The notes under the pieces were generated by a model that had not been told where the DNA came from, did not search any database, and saw only the letters and a list, made by a program, of their open reading frames with translations. Below, in pieces: positions 23,338 through 37,285 of a stretch of DNA of 64,000 nucleotides. The translations under genes were made by a program, and so were the position numbers. Location: positions 1 through 64,000 of the forward strand of contig JYFJ02001638.1 of assembly GCA_000934665.2 (NCBI GenBank). The letters run 5' to 3'. Origin of the DNA: Catajapyx aquilonaris (Eukaryota). Numbering within the stretch: the first letter of the stretch is position 1; every line of letters starts with the position of its first letter.

Positions 23338-25266
23338 TCACTGCTCCTGGTCGTCCTCTCCGATCCAGTTCCAGGGAATGCACATCTCCCCGTCAGACAG
23401 GAGGGAGTAGTAGGTGGAGATGCAGAGGTGGGCTCCCTCCAGCCTGTGCCTCAGCTGGTGCGAGTGGGTGATTAGTCTCTGCAAGCAAGATATCATCTGC
23501 TGGGCGTCTACGTTGTCCTCCTTGCGAAGAAGGTCCAGGGACAGATCCCTCATGCAACGTTCCTTCAGGTCCTTCTCCAGCTGCTCGTCCCTGGAAACGG
23601 CAACGAAATGAAGAAGGGGCATTGCAGGACAGTCGCGTGCTGTACTCACCTGAGGTGCCTGTGCAGCCTGAGCCGTGCCTCCTCCATTGAATCCGTGATG
23701 AAGCTTATCAGTAGGAAAGCAGGGCACGAGGCTGGGACTAGGAACTGCCCACTAGGAGTTAGCATCAGAGGGCATGCCTCTCTGCAATGTGAATGAGCCT
23801 TTTGGACTTGCCCTGGAGATTTGCACGAACGAAACTCACGTCTCAACAGCCATCTCCAAATGGGAAAGGGATGGTGGCCAGTCTCTGGGCAAGCTGTACC
23901 TCCCTCTGTGGTCACCCAAAGTGGTCAGCACCCTCCGCAACTGGGCTTCATAGGTCTCGGCCATCAGCTTCGGTTGGAATTCTCTGCAACAGAATGCTAC
24001 ATTTACGGCTACCAATGTCCACGTACGCATCTAGCAGTGCCTCACCTGTGCACTACCTTTATGTCGTTAAGGGCGCAGGAGACGGCCTTCTGCACAGCGG
24101 GGATGCGTCGGATGGTTTGGTCATGCTTTGGCACATTACGAATCAGCTGTTGGCGTAAAGCACATGCCACTTTAAGAGCGAAAACGGGAAGCAATGCAAG
24201 TCACGTACATCGAGCCAGTTGTGCCTGACTTCCCCACTGTTGAGCACAATGTGGCCATCCAGCCCAACCCCAGTCTGCCTCCCAAAGACGAGCGTGCGTC
24301 CCTTGAGAACATGCATGTGGGGGTGGTGGTGGGTCGCAACAGCCATGAAGCTCTGCAGGCATCCCCGGAAGTGTCTCAGTCCCCATCCGCAATCCCAAGT
24401 CACTTGCTGCAGCCCCAGCTGGTCACATAGCTCCTTCCGCAATCGCACAACCTCTTCCCTCATCGAAGACACTCCCTCCAGGTTCATGCGGGCTTCCTCG
24501 CCATACCGCTCCAGCCAACCCCTACAGTTGGCGAACATGATGACATGAATCCAGCCGGTTGCATGCTACTTACTCGAGTGTTTGTGGCTGGCTGCGCTTG
24601 CGACGAAGCTGCTCCTCCGCCCTCTGCGCACTGGATGATCGGAATGGCCACAGTGGGGAGGGTGGCGGGCCAGGTTCGGGGGCGGCAGGGGCAGGGCTGG
24701 GCAGGCTCTCAACGAAAGTAGTGGGCAAGTTGCATGTCTGAAGGATGGTGACGACCACCTGCTTGACGTCCCCATTCCCGAGGCTTATCTGCACAGGGCG
24801 GAACGACTCTGGAACATCACAACAGTGAACTGGCCTGTCCAAACTGTGCTCAGTCACCTGTGGGGCTGTCCGGCCCATTGTTGGCCTTGGTCCTCAGGTA
24901 AAACGTGACCTTGACTGGTGTGGCCGCATGCTGGCGCCTCCAGGGCATGTTGGCCGCAGCACCGCCATTCCCCAGCTGGAGAAGGGACTCCATGTACGCA
25001 TTCAGCTGCTTCAGCGAGTTCTCATTCACCGCCTGTCGAAGCCAGTTATTAGACGCTGCCAATTGCCCCGCCAATAACAAGTGGTGAGCATCACCCACCC
25101 TTTCCTTGGGATGCTGCCCGAATCTGTCTGGATGCACGGAGAAGAAGAATGGCCTGAGAGCAGCGGCCACCTCCCCGGAGCTCAGGTGCCTGACCCTGCT
25201 TGCCAGAAGCGGAGGAGACCCGTGGTGCCTGCACCTGGTGGCTACGAAGGAGGCAGCGGACAGCAT
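23338..25266 (-). CDS. TCAIM: T-cell activation inhibitor, mitochondrial homolog; multi-exon
   Basis: LRPFFFSVHPDRFGQHPKERAVNENSLKQL at the N-terminus and YYSLLSDGEMCIPWNW at the C-terminus; presequence-like start. Confidence 0.9.
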
Positions 25267-26300
25267 GGCGCTGGCTGGGACTACTCCTCAGCTGCCGGTG
25301 GACATGCCACAGACAGGCTGCTGTAACTAGCAGTAATTAGTGCGGTTGATGCAACACGGTGGAGCGTACTCTTCAGCTCCTGTCGCCTGCTTGAAGAAGC
25401 GGCTGCCCAACAGACAGTCCTACTCTGAGCAGGTTCTTCTTCTTCTTCTTCTCTTACCACCACCTCTAAGGGCGATCCAGAATGATCCAGGATCTTCCTC
25501 CAGGACCACCTTCCAGCAAACCTCGTGCCCTTTCCCACTCTTCTTCAGCTGGACATAGCAACATCCATGCCCAGCTCCACGGGGACTTGTGCAGGTGGAA
25601 AAAAAGGGACGCCATCTTTGAGCAAGTCACTTCTGTTGCCACTTCTCCGATACGGTACTGTACATACATGCCAATTATTATTCGGCCGGATTTGCTATTC
25701 CGATATGGATTATCCCTGTTGGGATTCGAAGCATATTTTCCGGGAGGAAGGAAACAAAAGGAAAATGTAGGCTGACAACTGCTTCACATAAATGACACGG
25801 TAATACTACACGGTGTGACGACTTCCTCATTTCCAGCTGCTGCTGAAACAGGAACAAAATGCCACACAATTATTTGAATCCCGTTTTAATTACACAGCGT
25901 CATTGTGTTTGCTGCATGATGACATGGACTGGTGCGGGGCAGCTGGAAGAATGGATATATACATATGCTGCAATTATAGGCATGTCAACAGTGTGTAACT
26001 GAAGGCACCAATAATAAATCCCTTCCGTCGTCGTGTCCACGCAATTGAAATGGAGCTACATGCAGCAGGTGCAGCTCCTGTCTAATGAGACAACCGTGTA
26101 ATTTCAGGCAGGGGGCTCGTCGTGTTTATATGGGACCAGTTGGGTCCACCTGTGCTGCAGTATAGTCGCACACTCTTGTTGCATGTTATTGGGTTCAGAC
26201 CATCAGCACAGGACATATACATATAGTTGAAGGCCTCTGTGCATCAGGAGAGGTACCACATATGCTGGCCGTGTGAACCGGACTGTGTATATATACCGAC

Positions 26301-29106
26301 ATGGCAACTGCCGTAGTGGTTGTCCTCTCTCTGATGCTGGCCGCCTCTCTGACGGACCAGGGGAGCTGCTCCATTTCCAGTAGCAACAACCAGTGGCATT
26401 GGACGCAGCAAGTGGTGCCCTTGCCAGTCAGGCAACCTGCAGCCACTGATGATGGACACGACAACAACACAAGTGCAACGACTTCTTCCGACTCCCCACC
26501 AGGTCAGTACGGCGCTAGCTCATGTCCACAATAATATATTAATTGCATGTGCTATTATGCAACATATATGATTGCAGTGTTGCCTTGCGGGTCGTACGTC
26601 CTTCTGGGCACAGCATCTCAGACCAAGGCGCCTGGAAGCAGCTGGGCTCTGGTGCAGACACCGGGGTATGGACAGCACAACTATCCAGGCAGCTACAGGT
26701 GCACTTGGATGTTCATGGTATACGTTCACACTGCACATATACATATACGTGTAGTATATTATCGTACTCTGTATTACAAAATTCGCACATGTGTACGTGT
26801 GTTGCAGGGAGTGACTGGATGTGTGCCTGCAGTGCGGTGCCTGCCTTCGTTCCGCCTGCAGGACTCGGTCGGATGCAGGAAGGACCACCTCATCATCTCG
26901 GACGGACGACAGCTGCACCAAGTGCAAGTAGTATACCAGCAGTACACCAGTCGCGTGTTACACTGTCCGTGTATTATAATTGTGTGTTATTGTACCACCT
27001 CATCAGGTTTTGCGGGTCTGAAGGTCCCCGAGGCGAGTACATCATGTGGACAACCAACATCCTGGAGATGAGCTTCAAGAGCGACGGCACCTTCAACCAG
27101 CCAGGGTTCCAGTGCTCTGTCACCTGTCTCGTACCTTCCGACGCCAACGACGACGTGACACCAGCGTCGGACCAGAGGCAGCCCCTGGTTTCGCTCCGGG
27201 GCCAACCCCTACCTCCTCCCATCACCACCAACGCCTGCAGTAAGTGCCATCATTTCATTTGAAAATAATATAAAAGACACGTGTGGAGGGACGCAGCTTC
27301 CAGGCTTGGCAAATCCACAATAACGTTCGCTCGTTGGCACAATTATGACTATATAGGACCGCATTTTGTCCTGATGGCCGTCAGGGGCTTGCAGAATCAT
27401 TATACAGGATGTTCATGAAAAACACCGACACACCTATATCACCCCCGACCTAGGGACCAGACGATCACATTATGTAGAGGAGTGATGGGCCGCCTCATTA
27501 CCGCGTAAATTCCCTTCAAACAGGTAGTATAAAATATCCTGGAAGTTAGGCCACCCAACGAACCCTTCCCCAGTCAGAAGGGTCTGGGGGCCGGACTTTG
27601 TTGGTTTGTTGCCCACAGGTGGTAAGGCCTCTATGGCTATTTACGCCTGTAAATTCTATTTAAAAGTCAGAAGGAGCGATTAGGCAAAATTCGCTAATCA
27701 GCATGACGAGTCAATTATCTCAGTAATGAGGCGGTGTATATAGACATAATTGACTCCTCTACATAAAATGACCCTATCACGTTACCATTGGCCACGGGTT
27801 ATCAGTTTGTCGATGTTTTTCATGAACACCCTTTTAGAGTGCGGGGTGAGAGATGATTCTGCGAGTGACGAGTCGGCCTCGGGGCATCAGTCAAGGAGGG
27901 CGGCCCAGGGGCGAGTGGTGGGTGGTCACGTGGCCAAACCAGGAGAGTTTCCGTGGCTGGCTGGAATCGTATTCAACCCTCCCATTCGACCAGAGAGATG
28001 GAACACCACCACCACTACAGAAGATGACAATAAGAGGAGAGAAGATGATGATGATGAGGACGACTGGTCCACGCCTTTCTGCGGAGCGACCATCATCAAC
28101 GACAGATACGCACTCACAGCGGCTCATTGCGTCGAACGGTACGTTATTGTCTATAGGTTCAACGACAAATTGGGAAGGTTCACACGGCGTCTTTTGTCTT
28201 TGGGTCGTTATTGCAGGTGTAGGATCATCCTCCAGTCAACAGCAGCAACGACCCAAAGACAACGACGGGTGTGTGTGAACCAATAAGTGTCTGTTGTTCC
28301 CTCAGCCACAACTTGTCCTGGTTGGAGCTGGTGGCCAACGTGGTCGACGCTCGTGACCTGTCAGCGTCAACTCGGCGTCGGTCGGGGGCGTCGTCGTCGC
28401 CTGTCCGCCGCAAGATAGTTCAGGCGGTGCTTCACCCATTGCTGTTCCCACTGTCCCTGCATCACGACGTGGCCCTCCTCCGTCTGCACCCGCCCTTGCC
28501 CCTGGGCATGCCCCGGGCAGTCAACCCGGCCTGTCTTCCACACACCGACAGTCGAGGGGTACCGCCGGTCACACACGACCACGAGAACCTGGAGTTGCTT
28601 GCAGCCGGATGGGGAGCATTGCAAGAAGGTATACTGTCATCCGACACCAGTTGACATTATATTGATGTCCTCCATATTGTGATGCTGCATGCAGACGGAG
28701 AGTCCAGTCCGATCCTGAGGAAGGTGACCCTCGAGCTGATGAACCAGAAGAAGTGCGCAGACTACTACAACTTCAAGGAGTACCCGTACTCTAGCGTCAC
28801 CTACGCCATGCTCTGTGCTGGGTACCCCCACGGAGGGAAGGACACCTGCCAGGGTGACTCCGGTGGTCCACTGACGTACAGGGACGACCGAGGAAGACAC
28901 ACGTTGCTTGGAGTCGTGTCTTGGGGAGACGGGTGCGCCAGACCCAGGAAGCCAGGGGTCTTCGCCAGGGTCACAGGTACAGCATATAAGGACGACGAAA
29001 CACACGCTCGACTGGTGCATGCATATATACCTTATTATATACCTCCGCAGAAATCATGGGCTGGATCAGGAAGCACACCTTGGACGCCGTTTGGTGCCAG
29101 CAGTAG
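26301..29106 (+). CDS. Secreted CUB-domain trypsin-like serine protease 1
   Basis: Signal peptide; CUB ([17 protein letters not shown]...GFQC); activation site R|VVGG; catalytic motifs [21 protein letters not shown]. Confidence 0.9.
27405..27834. mobile_element. Tc1/mariner-like MITE in protease 1 intron, abutting the 3' splice site
   Basis: Left CAGGATGTTCATGAAAAACACCGACA; right TGTCGATGTTTTTCATGAACACCCT; TA at 27403-27404 and 27835-27836. Confidence 0.75.
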
Positions 29107-30330
29107 TAATGACCCGTACAATCTGGCTACATATCCTGTGCCCCAGACGACCACCCAAACACCTCTACAGGTCGCCTCCAGTTCAGGATAAATCTGATCG
29201 TAAAACAGTATTTATTATATACTTTATTCAAATGGCAATATCTCAATGGGAACACAGACCGGCGAAGAAGGAATAAGGTCCCATTGTGTGGATCCCGCGA
29301 CAATAAAAAACCAAACGTTCATGCTGTGTAATAATCGTCTCCTCTCTCTCTCTCTAAACAATATAATATGTAGAATAATAGTGCACGCCCAACAAATCCA
29401 ATCATCCAGCAGCATATACCCACCGCCTATTTCCTGGTATTTACAGTCACATTGATGACGTGAATGTGACCCAGATCTGGGCCTGGCCGGAGTCGACACA
29501 TATTTTTATCGGCTATATGACTGGTTTTTTCCCCCCCGAGGTCCCTTCTGCATGAGCCATATCAGCCCGATAGTGATTGTGTATGCAAATTTATGCTGAT
29601 TGGTGCAGGTATAGGCGATCTGGAGCATCGGATCCGGTTTCTTGGCTCTGAGGATGCTGCTGGTGATCATCTCAGTCAGAGGCAAAATGAGAGGGGGGGA
29701 AATCTGGTATAATTTCTATTACATTAATCGCCAATGGAAAAACCCCCCTGATTATTATGCTTCAAATTGGTCACATCTGACTTATTCGAGGCACGTATTG
29801 GGGGGGAAGCAGCATCCGGAGGCGCTTACATCATCGTCATCTGAACCGGGATCGGAATAAATCACGTGCATGACAAGTAATAACAAGGTGTGTTTCAACA
29901 GTCAGTTGAAAATGGGAAGAGAAAGTGCAACACTATATGTAACAATAGTAATGCCTGCGGACCTGAAGTGCAGTTATATTTGCATTTTTGCAATAATTGC
30001 ACTTATTTTAGTTGGCCGGTTTTTTTCCCTCTCCACTTTGACCAGAAAACTTCGTTGCAAAAAACCCTTCAAAGGCGCGATGGTCAAATGTCCATCTTTT
30101 ATGAAGACTAAGGTCGCACAACAATAATATATTATATGTTCCTCTTGTTCGTTTGTTGTTGTTGTTTTTCCCCTGCTGGTCGTTGTATAGGTGTGGGTGT
30201 GTGTGGGCTATGTATGGAAAGTGTGGCACCAACCTACTTCCTGCTGGTGCTTATTGCTTGTGGCATCGGGTGACCCAGTATTAGGCCGCATTCGTCCTTC
30301 CTGAGCAGCCCCAGTCGACAACCAGCAGCC

Positions 30331-32328
30331 ATGCAGACAACCACCATCGTGGCAGCCATCCTCCTCTTCATCATCCAGTCATCAGCAGCCGAGCCGGAAA
30401 CCAGCACAACTCTTCTTCTGCCTGACGTTGAAGATCTCTTATCGGTGCAGCAGGAGACGACGACGGTCATCAGCAGAGCAAACGACGAGGGTCCGTCCAA
30501 CAAGATATGGGTGGAGGTCTTCTCCACCAGAACTCCAGGGGTCAACACCAGCAGCACCGTCACCGTCGTCACTACCCCGGGAGCTAGCGGAGTTGTCGTT
30601 GACGAAAACGGAGCACTTTTCGGATCTGCTGGTTCCACCACCACACCCGGTCCATCACAGCGGATACTCTGTGAGTACACAGTATACATTGTCGCCATTA
30701 TTATTTTGTCAACATGTCCAATGTCCTCATCAGACTCGTGCGGTTCCTTCACTGTTCGATCCGGAGACAGCGGTTACATCCAGACGCCCAAGTTCGGTAC
30801 CGCACCGTACCCAAACGACTACACGTGCAAATGGAACTTTGACGTACGTGTCACCAAATACTGTTGCGGACAATTGGTGGCATTAATTTTCCTCTCTCGG
30901 TGCACATGCATAGATATCTCCTGGGTCCGAGATGCGGATGAGCTGCTCCACCTTCAGCCTGGCCTCATTCTTCGGCCTCTGCTTCGACTTCCTCAGGATC
31001 ACAGACCACAAGGGGAAGACCACACGGTAATAGCAGACACATTCATTGTCCACTGAACAGCCTACCTTACAGCTGTGATGGACAATTATTGCAGGTACTG
31101 TGGTAGTACAGGGCCAACCAACGTGAAGAGCAAGACCAAAATGAGCATGTTCTTCAGCAGTAGCAGGCTCCTCAACGACAAGGGCTTCAGCTGCGACTTC
31201 AATGTCGTTCCAGGTGCGGGTGAACATCACCAAATAGTCTGATGCTAATTATGTGGCTATAACATTGTTTTTCCAACAGACGGTACAGCTCCAGCTGGGG
31301 AGTCACCTCCAGTCCCACCCTCCGCCACAGAAGATCCGTCGCAGCTGCTTCCACAAACAGGAACAACTGTCCCATGCAGTTAGTCTCACACTGACATTAG
31401 TTTGGTTAACTAACTTATACTGTTTTTCCCCCTTGAACCATCAGAGTGTGGCATAGCAAGCAAGTCAAACCGCATTGTTGGTGGGGTTGTGACCGAGGTG
31501 GGTGAATACAAGTGGATGGCAGGCCTCGTGTCAAAGGGATCCAGCCGGCCCTTCTGCGGGGGATCCCTCATCAACAGCCGATATGTCCTGACAGCCGCCC
31601 ACTGTGTCTCCAGGTGGGTAGTTTGAAACGGCAAATCATCACCAGAAATGCAACGTCCTATTTGTGTACTGTCATGCAGTCGCACGCCAGCCAACCTGGA
31701 GATCCTCCTGAATGAGCACAACGTCATCTCCGCATCTGAGACATCAGTCCTTCGCATGGGCGTTGAGTCGATCCGCAGCCATCCCCAGTACCGCAACCTG
31801 GATTACGACGTGGCTCTGATCAGGCTGAAGGGGCAGGTTGCCCTGGGCAGGGACAGGGGCATAATCCCAGTCTGCCTTCCCTCGGACACCACAAAGACCT
31901 TCACTGGGGCAAAGGCCATTGTGATTGGCTGGGGAACAACCTCCTCAGGAGGCAGCCTCTCCACGCAGCTCAGGGAAGTCGACGTCCTAGTCATGCCGCA
32001 GTCGCTATGCTCAGAGTCGTACAGGAACAGGATCACTCCTCGAATGTTGTGCGCAGGGTATCCTTCAGGCGGGAAGGACTCTTGTCAAGGAGACTCTGGA
32101 GGCCCCCTAATGTGCAGTGAGCGGCCAGGTGTCCTCAACCAGTGCGGGATTGTGTCCTGGGGAGAGAGGTGCGCACAGCCTAACAAGCCTGGGGTCTACA
32201 CCAGGGTCACAGGTTGGTCGTATAATGCATGGTCATCCTTATCGCCAGCACGCTCATGTCTAATCATTGCAGAGGTCAAGGCGTGGATCTTGCAGCATTC
32301 CTCAGACGGAGCCTTCTGCAGTCAATGA
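30331..32328 (+). CDS. Secreted CUB-domain trypsin-like serine protease 2
   Basis: Signal peptide, Thr-rich linker, CUB (YPNDYTCKW), [28 protein letters not shown]. Confidence 0.92.
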
Positions 32329-32769
32329 GAAGCAAGTGGAGGTGGGACAGTCGTTACAGACAATGGTGCTTCAAACCACTTCACCTGCACTCTATTTATT
32401 AGCAAGGCGGATTGCTTCCGAGAGTCTTTGCCATCAGATGCACATCCATATAGTTTGTACCGCAATATTTTTTACCACAGAGTATTTTCATATGCGACCC
32501 TCCCCAACGTATTATTGTCGCTCTGTAACCGTAACATATTTATTACATTGTAACTTATCATAATGCATGTAGTGTCAGTACAAAATAATCAGCATTGGTC
32601 CAGTTGGCTAACAAATACACTTCACGCTGCGAATCTTCCAATGAACCTATACGTACCTTGCAGTTTTTTCAATTGATTTTTAAAATGCCAATATTGAGGA
32701 GTCAGTCGAATGGAGCCATCGATGTCATGTTTTATTGCAGCAAATTTGGTGTCATGTAATGCATTATTG

Positions 32770-33764
32770 TCACGAGCTGGCCGATGGTTCAAATCCAAAG
32801 AGATCCTTGAAAACCTGCTGGCTGTTGTGCTCCTGGAGGAATTCCATGAACTTCTTCATGTCCATGTGGTAGTTCCTCCCTCCTCCGCCTCCCGCTCCTT
32901 CCAGGTTCAGCTCATGAAATCCGCTGAATTTCCGCAGCGAGTCCAACTGACCCGCTGCCACCTCCACCCTTTCCTCTATCCGCAACGCAATCTTCTTCCA
33001 AGTCATGCTCTTTATCTGCGATCAAGATTAGCCAGTCAGCCCAATAACAAAGCAAGCAAAAGACAAGCGCATCACCTGTTGCCACCAAAGAGAGCAGGAT
33101 GAGTGGTCACCCTCCACGCAGATGATCCCCGGCTTTCCAGGCAGGCAGAACCCGGACAGTCCCATCTGCCTGGACAAGCTCAGGATATGACGCCGCTTTT
33201 GAGTGTTGTAGATATGGTGGGAGTGGATCCAAAAGCAGCCGTAACACAACGGACAGTCCATTGCTACTGGATGTACCTTCTTCTTACAGCTTATTGCTTC
33301 CACAGGCTGGTCCACTACAACTGCAGGCATGGGGGTCAGGTACGACTTTGCATTCTCCTCCAACCAGCTCAGAGCCAGGTACAGGCACAGCTCCTTGGCA
33401 GGCAACGAGGCCACGTAGCTGGACAGGTGTTGGTTCAACGACTGCTCGCTCTGCCCATCCTCCAGCTGCCACGTGCTGTCCGAATCCTCCTGGCGCACAA
33501 ATATGAAGGGCCTTTCTCCTCCGAGTGGGTATGTTCTCGGCAGACAAATCTCGACTCTTAGCTCCACCTGCAAGTGTGCATGCGTGACCTAAGGTCGGAT
33601 GGCGATGAATCCCTACTTACTCCATGGTCAACCCGAATGGTGACAGCCAAGTTCTGGTGCCCGTCCCGGTCCAGCTCATCCTCCGGCGGATACATGGCGT
33701 GGACCATCTCAATCTCCTGCTCCTGCAGCTCCCTGCATCTCTCCACCAGCTCAGCTTCAGCCAT
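32770..33764 (-). CDS. RWDD2: RWD domain-containing protein 2 (RWDD2A/B-like); 3 exons
   Basis: QEQEIEMVHAMYP, LPRTYP, WIHSHHIYN, LSGFCLPGKPGIICVEG, FKDLFG. Confidence 0.9.
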
Positions 33765-34018
33765 GGTCTCAAGAGAAAAGAAGCCTGTCCATACCTTCCC
33801 TTCAATTATTCTGTGTACACGTGTGAGCCACCATTTTGGTTCAGGGTTGCCAGTTGCCAGCATCACAAATGGAGGGAACGGTCAACATCAGCTGTTATCT
33901 ACACATTTTTCTTTTATTTATTTCCGGTACCTCCCAAAGCCTGTAACGAGGCCAACAGTGCGGGATGAAAGTACAGAAAATGATGGTTGGTTGTGACTAC
34001 CAGCTTAGTTGTTGCGTC

Positions 34019-35479
34019 CTATTTCATCTTAAAGAGCAGGTTTTTGTCCCCTACTTCCTCGTTGAAACCCTGGGTGTACTTCATCCCCGGCGCGTTCCAC
34101 CAGACTTTCCTGTATTGCAGGGCGTCTTCTCCCGAGACGAGCATCTCCGGGACGTCGTTCCTGGGCACGTTGAAGTAGCACTGGAGGATGTCCTGGTGGT
34201 TGGTGAACAGCTTGCGGAAACCGTTCCAGTCGTCCTCGTCCCCCTTGCGCCAGTCGCCCAGCTTGGCATCGTGCTTCTCAAACCCTTCCAGCTTCACCCT
34301 CTCCACGTCCTCCACAACCGTCTCAACCACATCCGGGGTCAGGTCACTACTACTCCAGGCCCAATCGTACACCAGCACCTAAGGAAAAACCGACAGGAAA
34401 TCATTTAAAAAATGTTCAAACAATACAGTGAAAACCTGCATTTACATGTGAGGGATTTGATCAGCGATTGTTTGGGGAGAAAATATACTGTTACCACCAT
34501 TGTTACTTTCACATGGTGATGTCATCGCTGATCAAATCGCTCATATGTAGACATGGCTTTATGTAGGGGAAAAATTCAGACTTTACCTGAGCATGCTTCT
34601 CAATCTCTGGGAGGAACCGCTTCTTGTACTCTTCGTCCATTCTCTCCAGAAAGTTGGTCTGCAGCACCTTCGACTTGGCTTCCACTGGACGCTTCTGCAG
34701 CCTGTTCTTCACCTCGCTCACAGGTACGTCCAGGTACACGACCAGGTGCGGACGGAGCAGCTCTGAGATTGTGTTTGCCCGCACCTCGTGATACACACTT
34801 CGGGCTCCAGGACTGATGAAGCCTTCAGCGGCCATGCTCTCCAGAAACACGGTGTCGCTGTACACGCTACGGTCCATCACCACGCCCTGGCCGGTGTTGA
34901 GCAGGTGCGCAAGGGCATCCACGTACTGGAAGTACCTCAGGCGATACATGTTCAGCTGGAACGCTCCCGTGTTCAGATGCTTTGGCTCGCGGTGGAAGTC
35001 TGATGCATCGTAGGTCTTGCACGACTCTGGCAACTGGCTGTTCAGCTGGCGCATGTCGTACCTGCAGTTGAGTACATTTTCACATAAGATTGCAGGCGAT
35101 TTTAAACAGTGTGGGTGTACCCTTGTGGGGTGATGTATGTCTGGTCCATGTTGGCTTCCGGGAAGTAGACCATGTCCAGCTCGGTGGCCAGGGCTTTTGC
35201 AAGTGCGGTCTTCCCAGCAGCCAGGGGACCGTCCACCACAACGACCCTGGTGTTCTCATGGAACCGCTTGGACGTCTTCCTGTCGAATATGAGCGCGTGC
35301 CACAGGTTGTACCCTCGCTCCTTGTACGGCCAGGGTCGGATTGTGGCCGGGTGTCCCTCCGGCAGCACCTCCTTCTGTCGCAGGGCGCGGGACACAATCC
35401 CACGGGCGGACACCGTGGCAGCAACCGGGGGCAGAAGAAGGCGAGGGGCGCCCCTCACGAGGAGCCATCCTGGGGCCAT
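34019..35479 (-). CDS. NDUFA10: NADH dehydrogenase 1 alpha subcomplex subunit 10; 3 coding exons
   Basis: dNK-fold motifs VVDGPLAAGKT, YVDALAHLLNTGQGVVMDRSVYSD, PHLVVYLDVP, KYTQGFN. Confidence 0.95.
34426..34563. mobile_element. Degenerate MITE remnant in NDUFA10 intron
   Basis: Inverted repeat TACATGTGAGGGATTTGATCAGCGAT / ATCGCTGATCAAATCGCTCATATGTA; left end TA-CAGTGAAAACC. Confidence 0.55.
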
Positions 35480-35936
35480 CGCTCCACCTGCTGAAGGTAC
35501 AAAACCAGGTCTCAGCTCCGCACAACATGTTCCATACATCCACGGTGCTTGTCCAGGGCAGGCGGTCTTAATTAATTAACTGGCTTAATTAAATTGATAC
35601 TCACACCACCAAGAAGAAGAAGAAGAAGTGTTTCTTTTCCTTCTGGGATCGGGATGGATGGAAATCAGGGTTGCCAACGGATGATGGGGGCATCGTAATA
35701 ATTATCTGGTTTTAATTAGGTTTAACATGAAACTATTTTAATTAAGGTTTGCACTGGATGATTTGACTAATCAGTGTCCACCCTTGCTTATCCAGGTTGT
35801 TATTGTGCTAGCTGGTGTTTTGGGGCATCTTGGATCTGGACAAAAAGATGGCGGCGCACATTTCGGCTACTTCGGCACTTGTTGTTGGCTAAGTTTGTTC
35901 TTCTTCCAAGTGGCAGGTTCTGCCTGTTGCGGAGAC

Positions 35937-37285
35937 ATGAGCAGCCAGAAGGGAAGGGGGATGCTGCAGGATGCTGGGGAACCGGAAAAGGTGGCAGAAA
36001 AGGTGTGGTCCACCACACTATGTGAATGACAGTTTGTCTTCAATGACTTTGTTCCATCAGGCCAATGGTATCTTCCCCGACGAGCTTGTCCTCAAGATCT
36101 TCTGCCACTTGCCCAAACATGACCTGCTGGGGAGGGCCGCCCTGGTGTGCAAGGACTGGGCCAGGCTGGCCATGGACCCCTCCCTCTGGACGGAGGTGGA
36201 GCTGCACGCGGCCATGTTGACCAGAGAGAGAGCCAGGCAACTGATCAAGCACATGACGCGACTGAGGAAGGTGCGTCTGATCCGTTGGGGGCCACCTACC
36301 ATCTTTGTGGATGAGCTGCTGTGCCTCATAGCAAAATTGCATCCCAAGTTAGAGGTGCTGGAACTTAAATGGTGCGCGATTCACAGGTTGGATAGCTTCC
36401 AGCGAGTGGCTGAGAGGTAAGATCACAATTGTTCCAACTTCAATAAAAATAATGTGCTCTTCAATAATATCGATGCATGTTAATGCTTATTTCCTTTTAT
36501 ACATTATTAACAGCTGCACAGATATGAAGGAGCTGGCGATTACGAAGGGCCGTGGATATAGTACATTACCGTCTCGTAGCCACATATTTACTCTGTGTGA
36601 AAGAAGTCCAAATCTTCAGAAGCTGACTCTTGAGAATAACAGATACACAGGTTATCTATGGGCCAGGGAAATTTATTGGCCTTACCTACGGGAAGTCCAC
36701 CTGACCTTCCTGTCCCACTCTGCCGATGCAGAGTTGGAGGTGGTGTGCAGGAGTGCTGCGGGAACTCTCCAGAAACTGTGGATTCGTTCGGTTGTTGGAG
36801 CTGAGGCCCTGGTTCATCTCAGTCAGTGCACTCTACTGGAAGACTTGGGTCTCCTTGTGAAGACGTCAGAAAATATCGACTCTACACTTGCACGCCTGGG
36901 GAACCTCCGCCGCCTTGACTTGGGGGTGGTTCGTATGGACGATGACTCTGATATAGTCTCACTCTTATCTCAGCAGGCAGTGGTCCAGAAACTTGAGAGG
37001 ATTGAATTTAGCAGGACTTTCGAAATAAGTGACCAATGCCTCTCTTTAATTGCCGAAAACTGCCCTGAACTGACCAGCCTCTCTTTGATCAATGATGAGA
37101 TAACCAAGTATGGGCTGGCAGATCTTCTCACCTACGCCAACAAACTCGAGTCACTGGAATTGCACACTGACTGTTCAGAAATCACCACCAGTGCGTTGGA
37201 TGAGCTGCGCAGTTTCTTTCCAGCCGTAACGATCACGGAGGTGGAGTCCATGTGGGACGCACCGGCTGAATTTCTGAACTATTAG
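35937..37285 (+). CDS. F-box/LRR-repeat protein; 3 exons
   Basis: F-box FPDELVLKIFCHLPKHDLLGRAALVCKDW...DPSLW followed by LRRs (PNLQKLTL, CPELTSLSL). Confidence 0.88.

Noticed and set aside
28217..28272. Extra exon in the protease 1 catalytic domain
   Set aside because: It has an acceptor, but the flanking exons already join in phase without it and its in-phase donor is weak; not supportable without reads.
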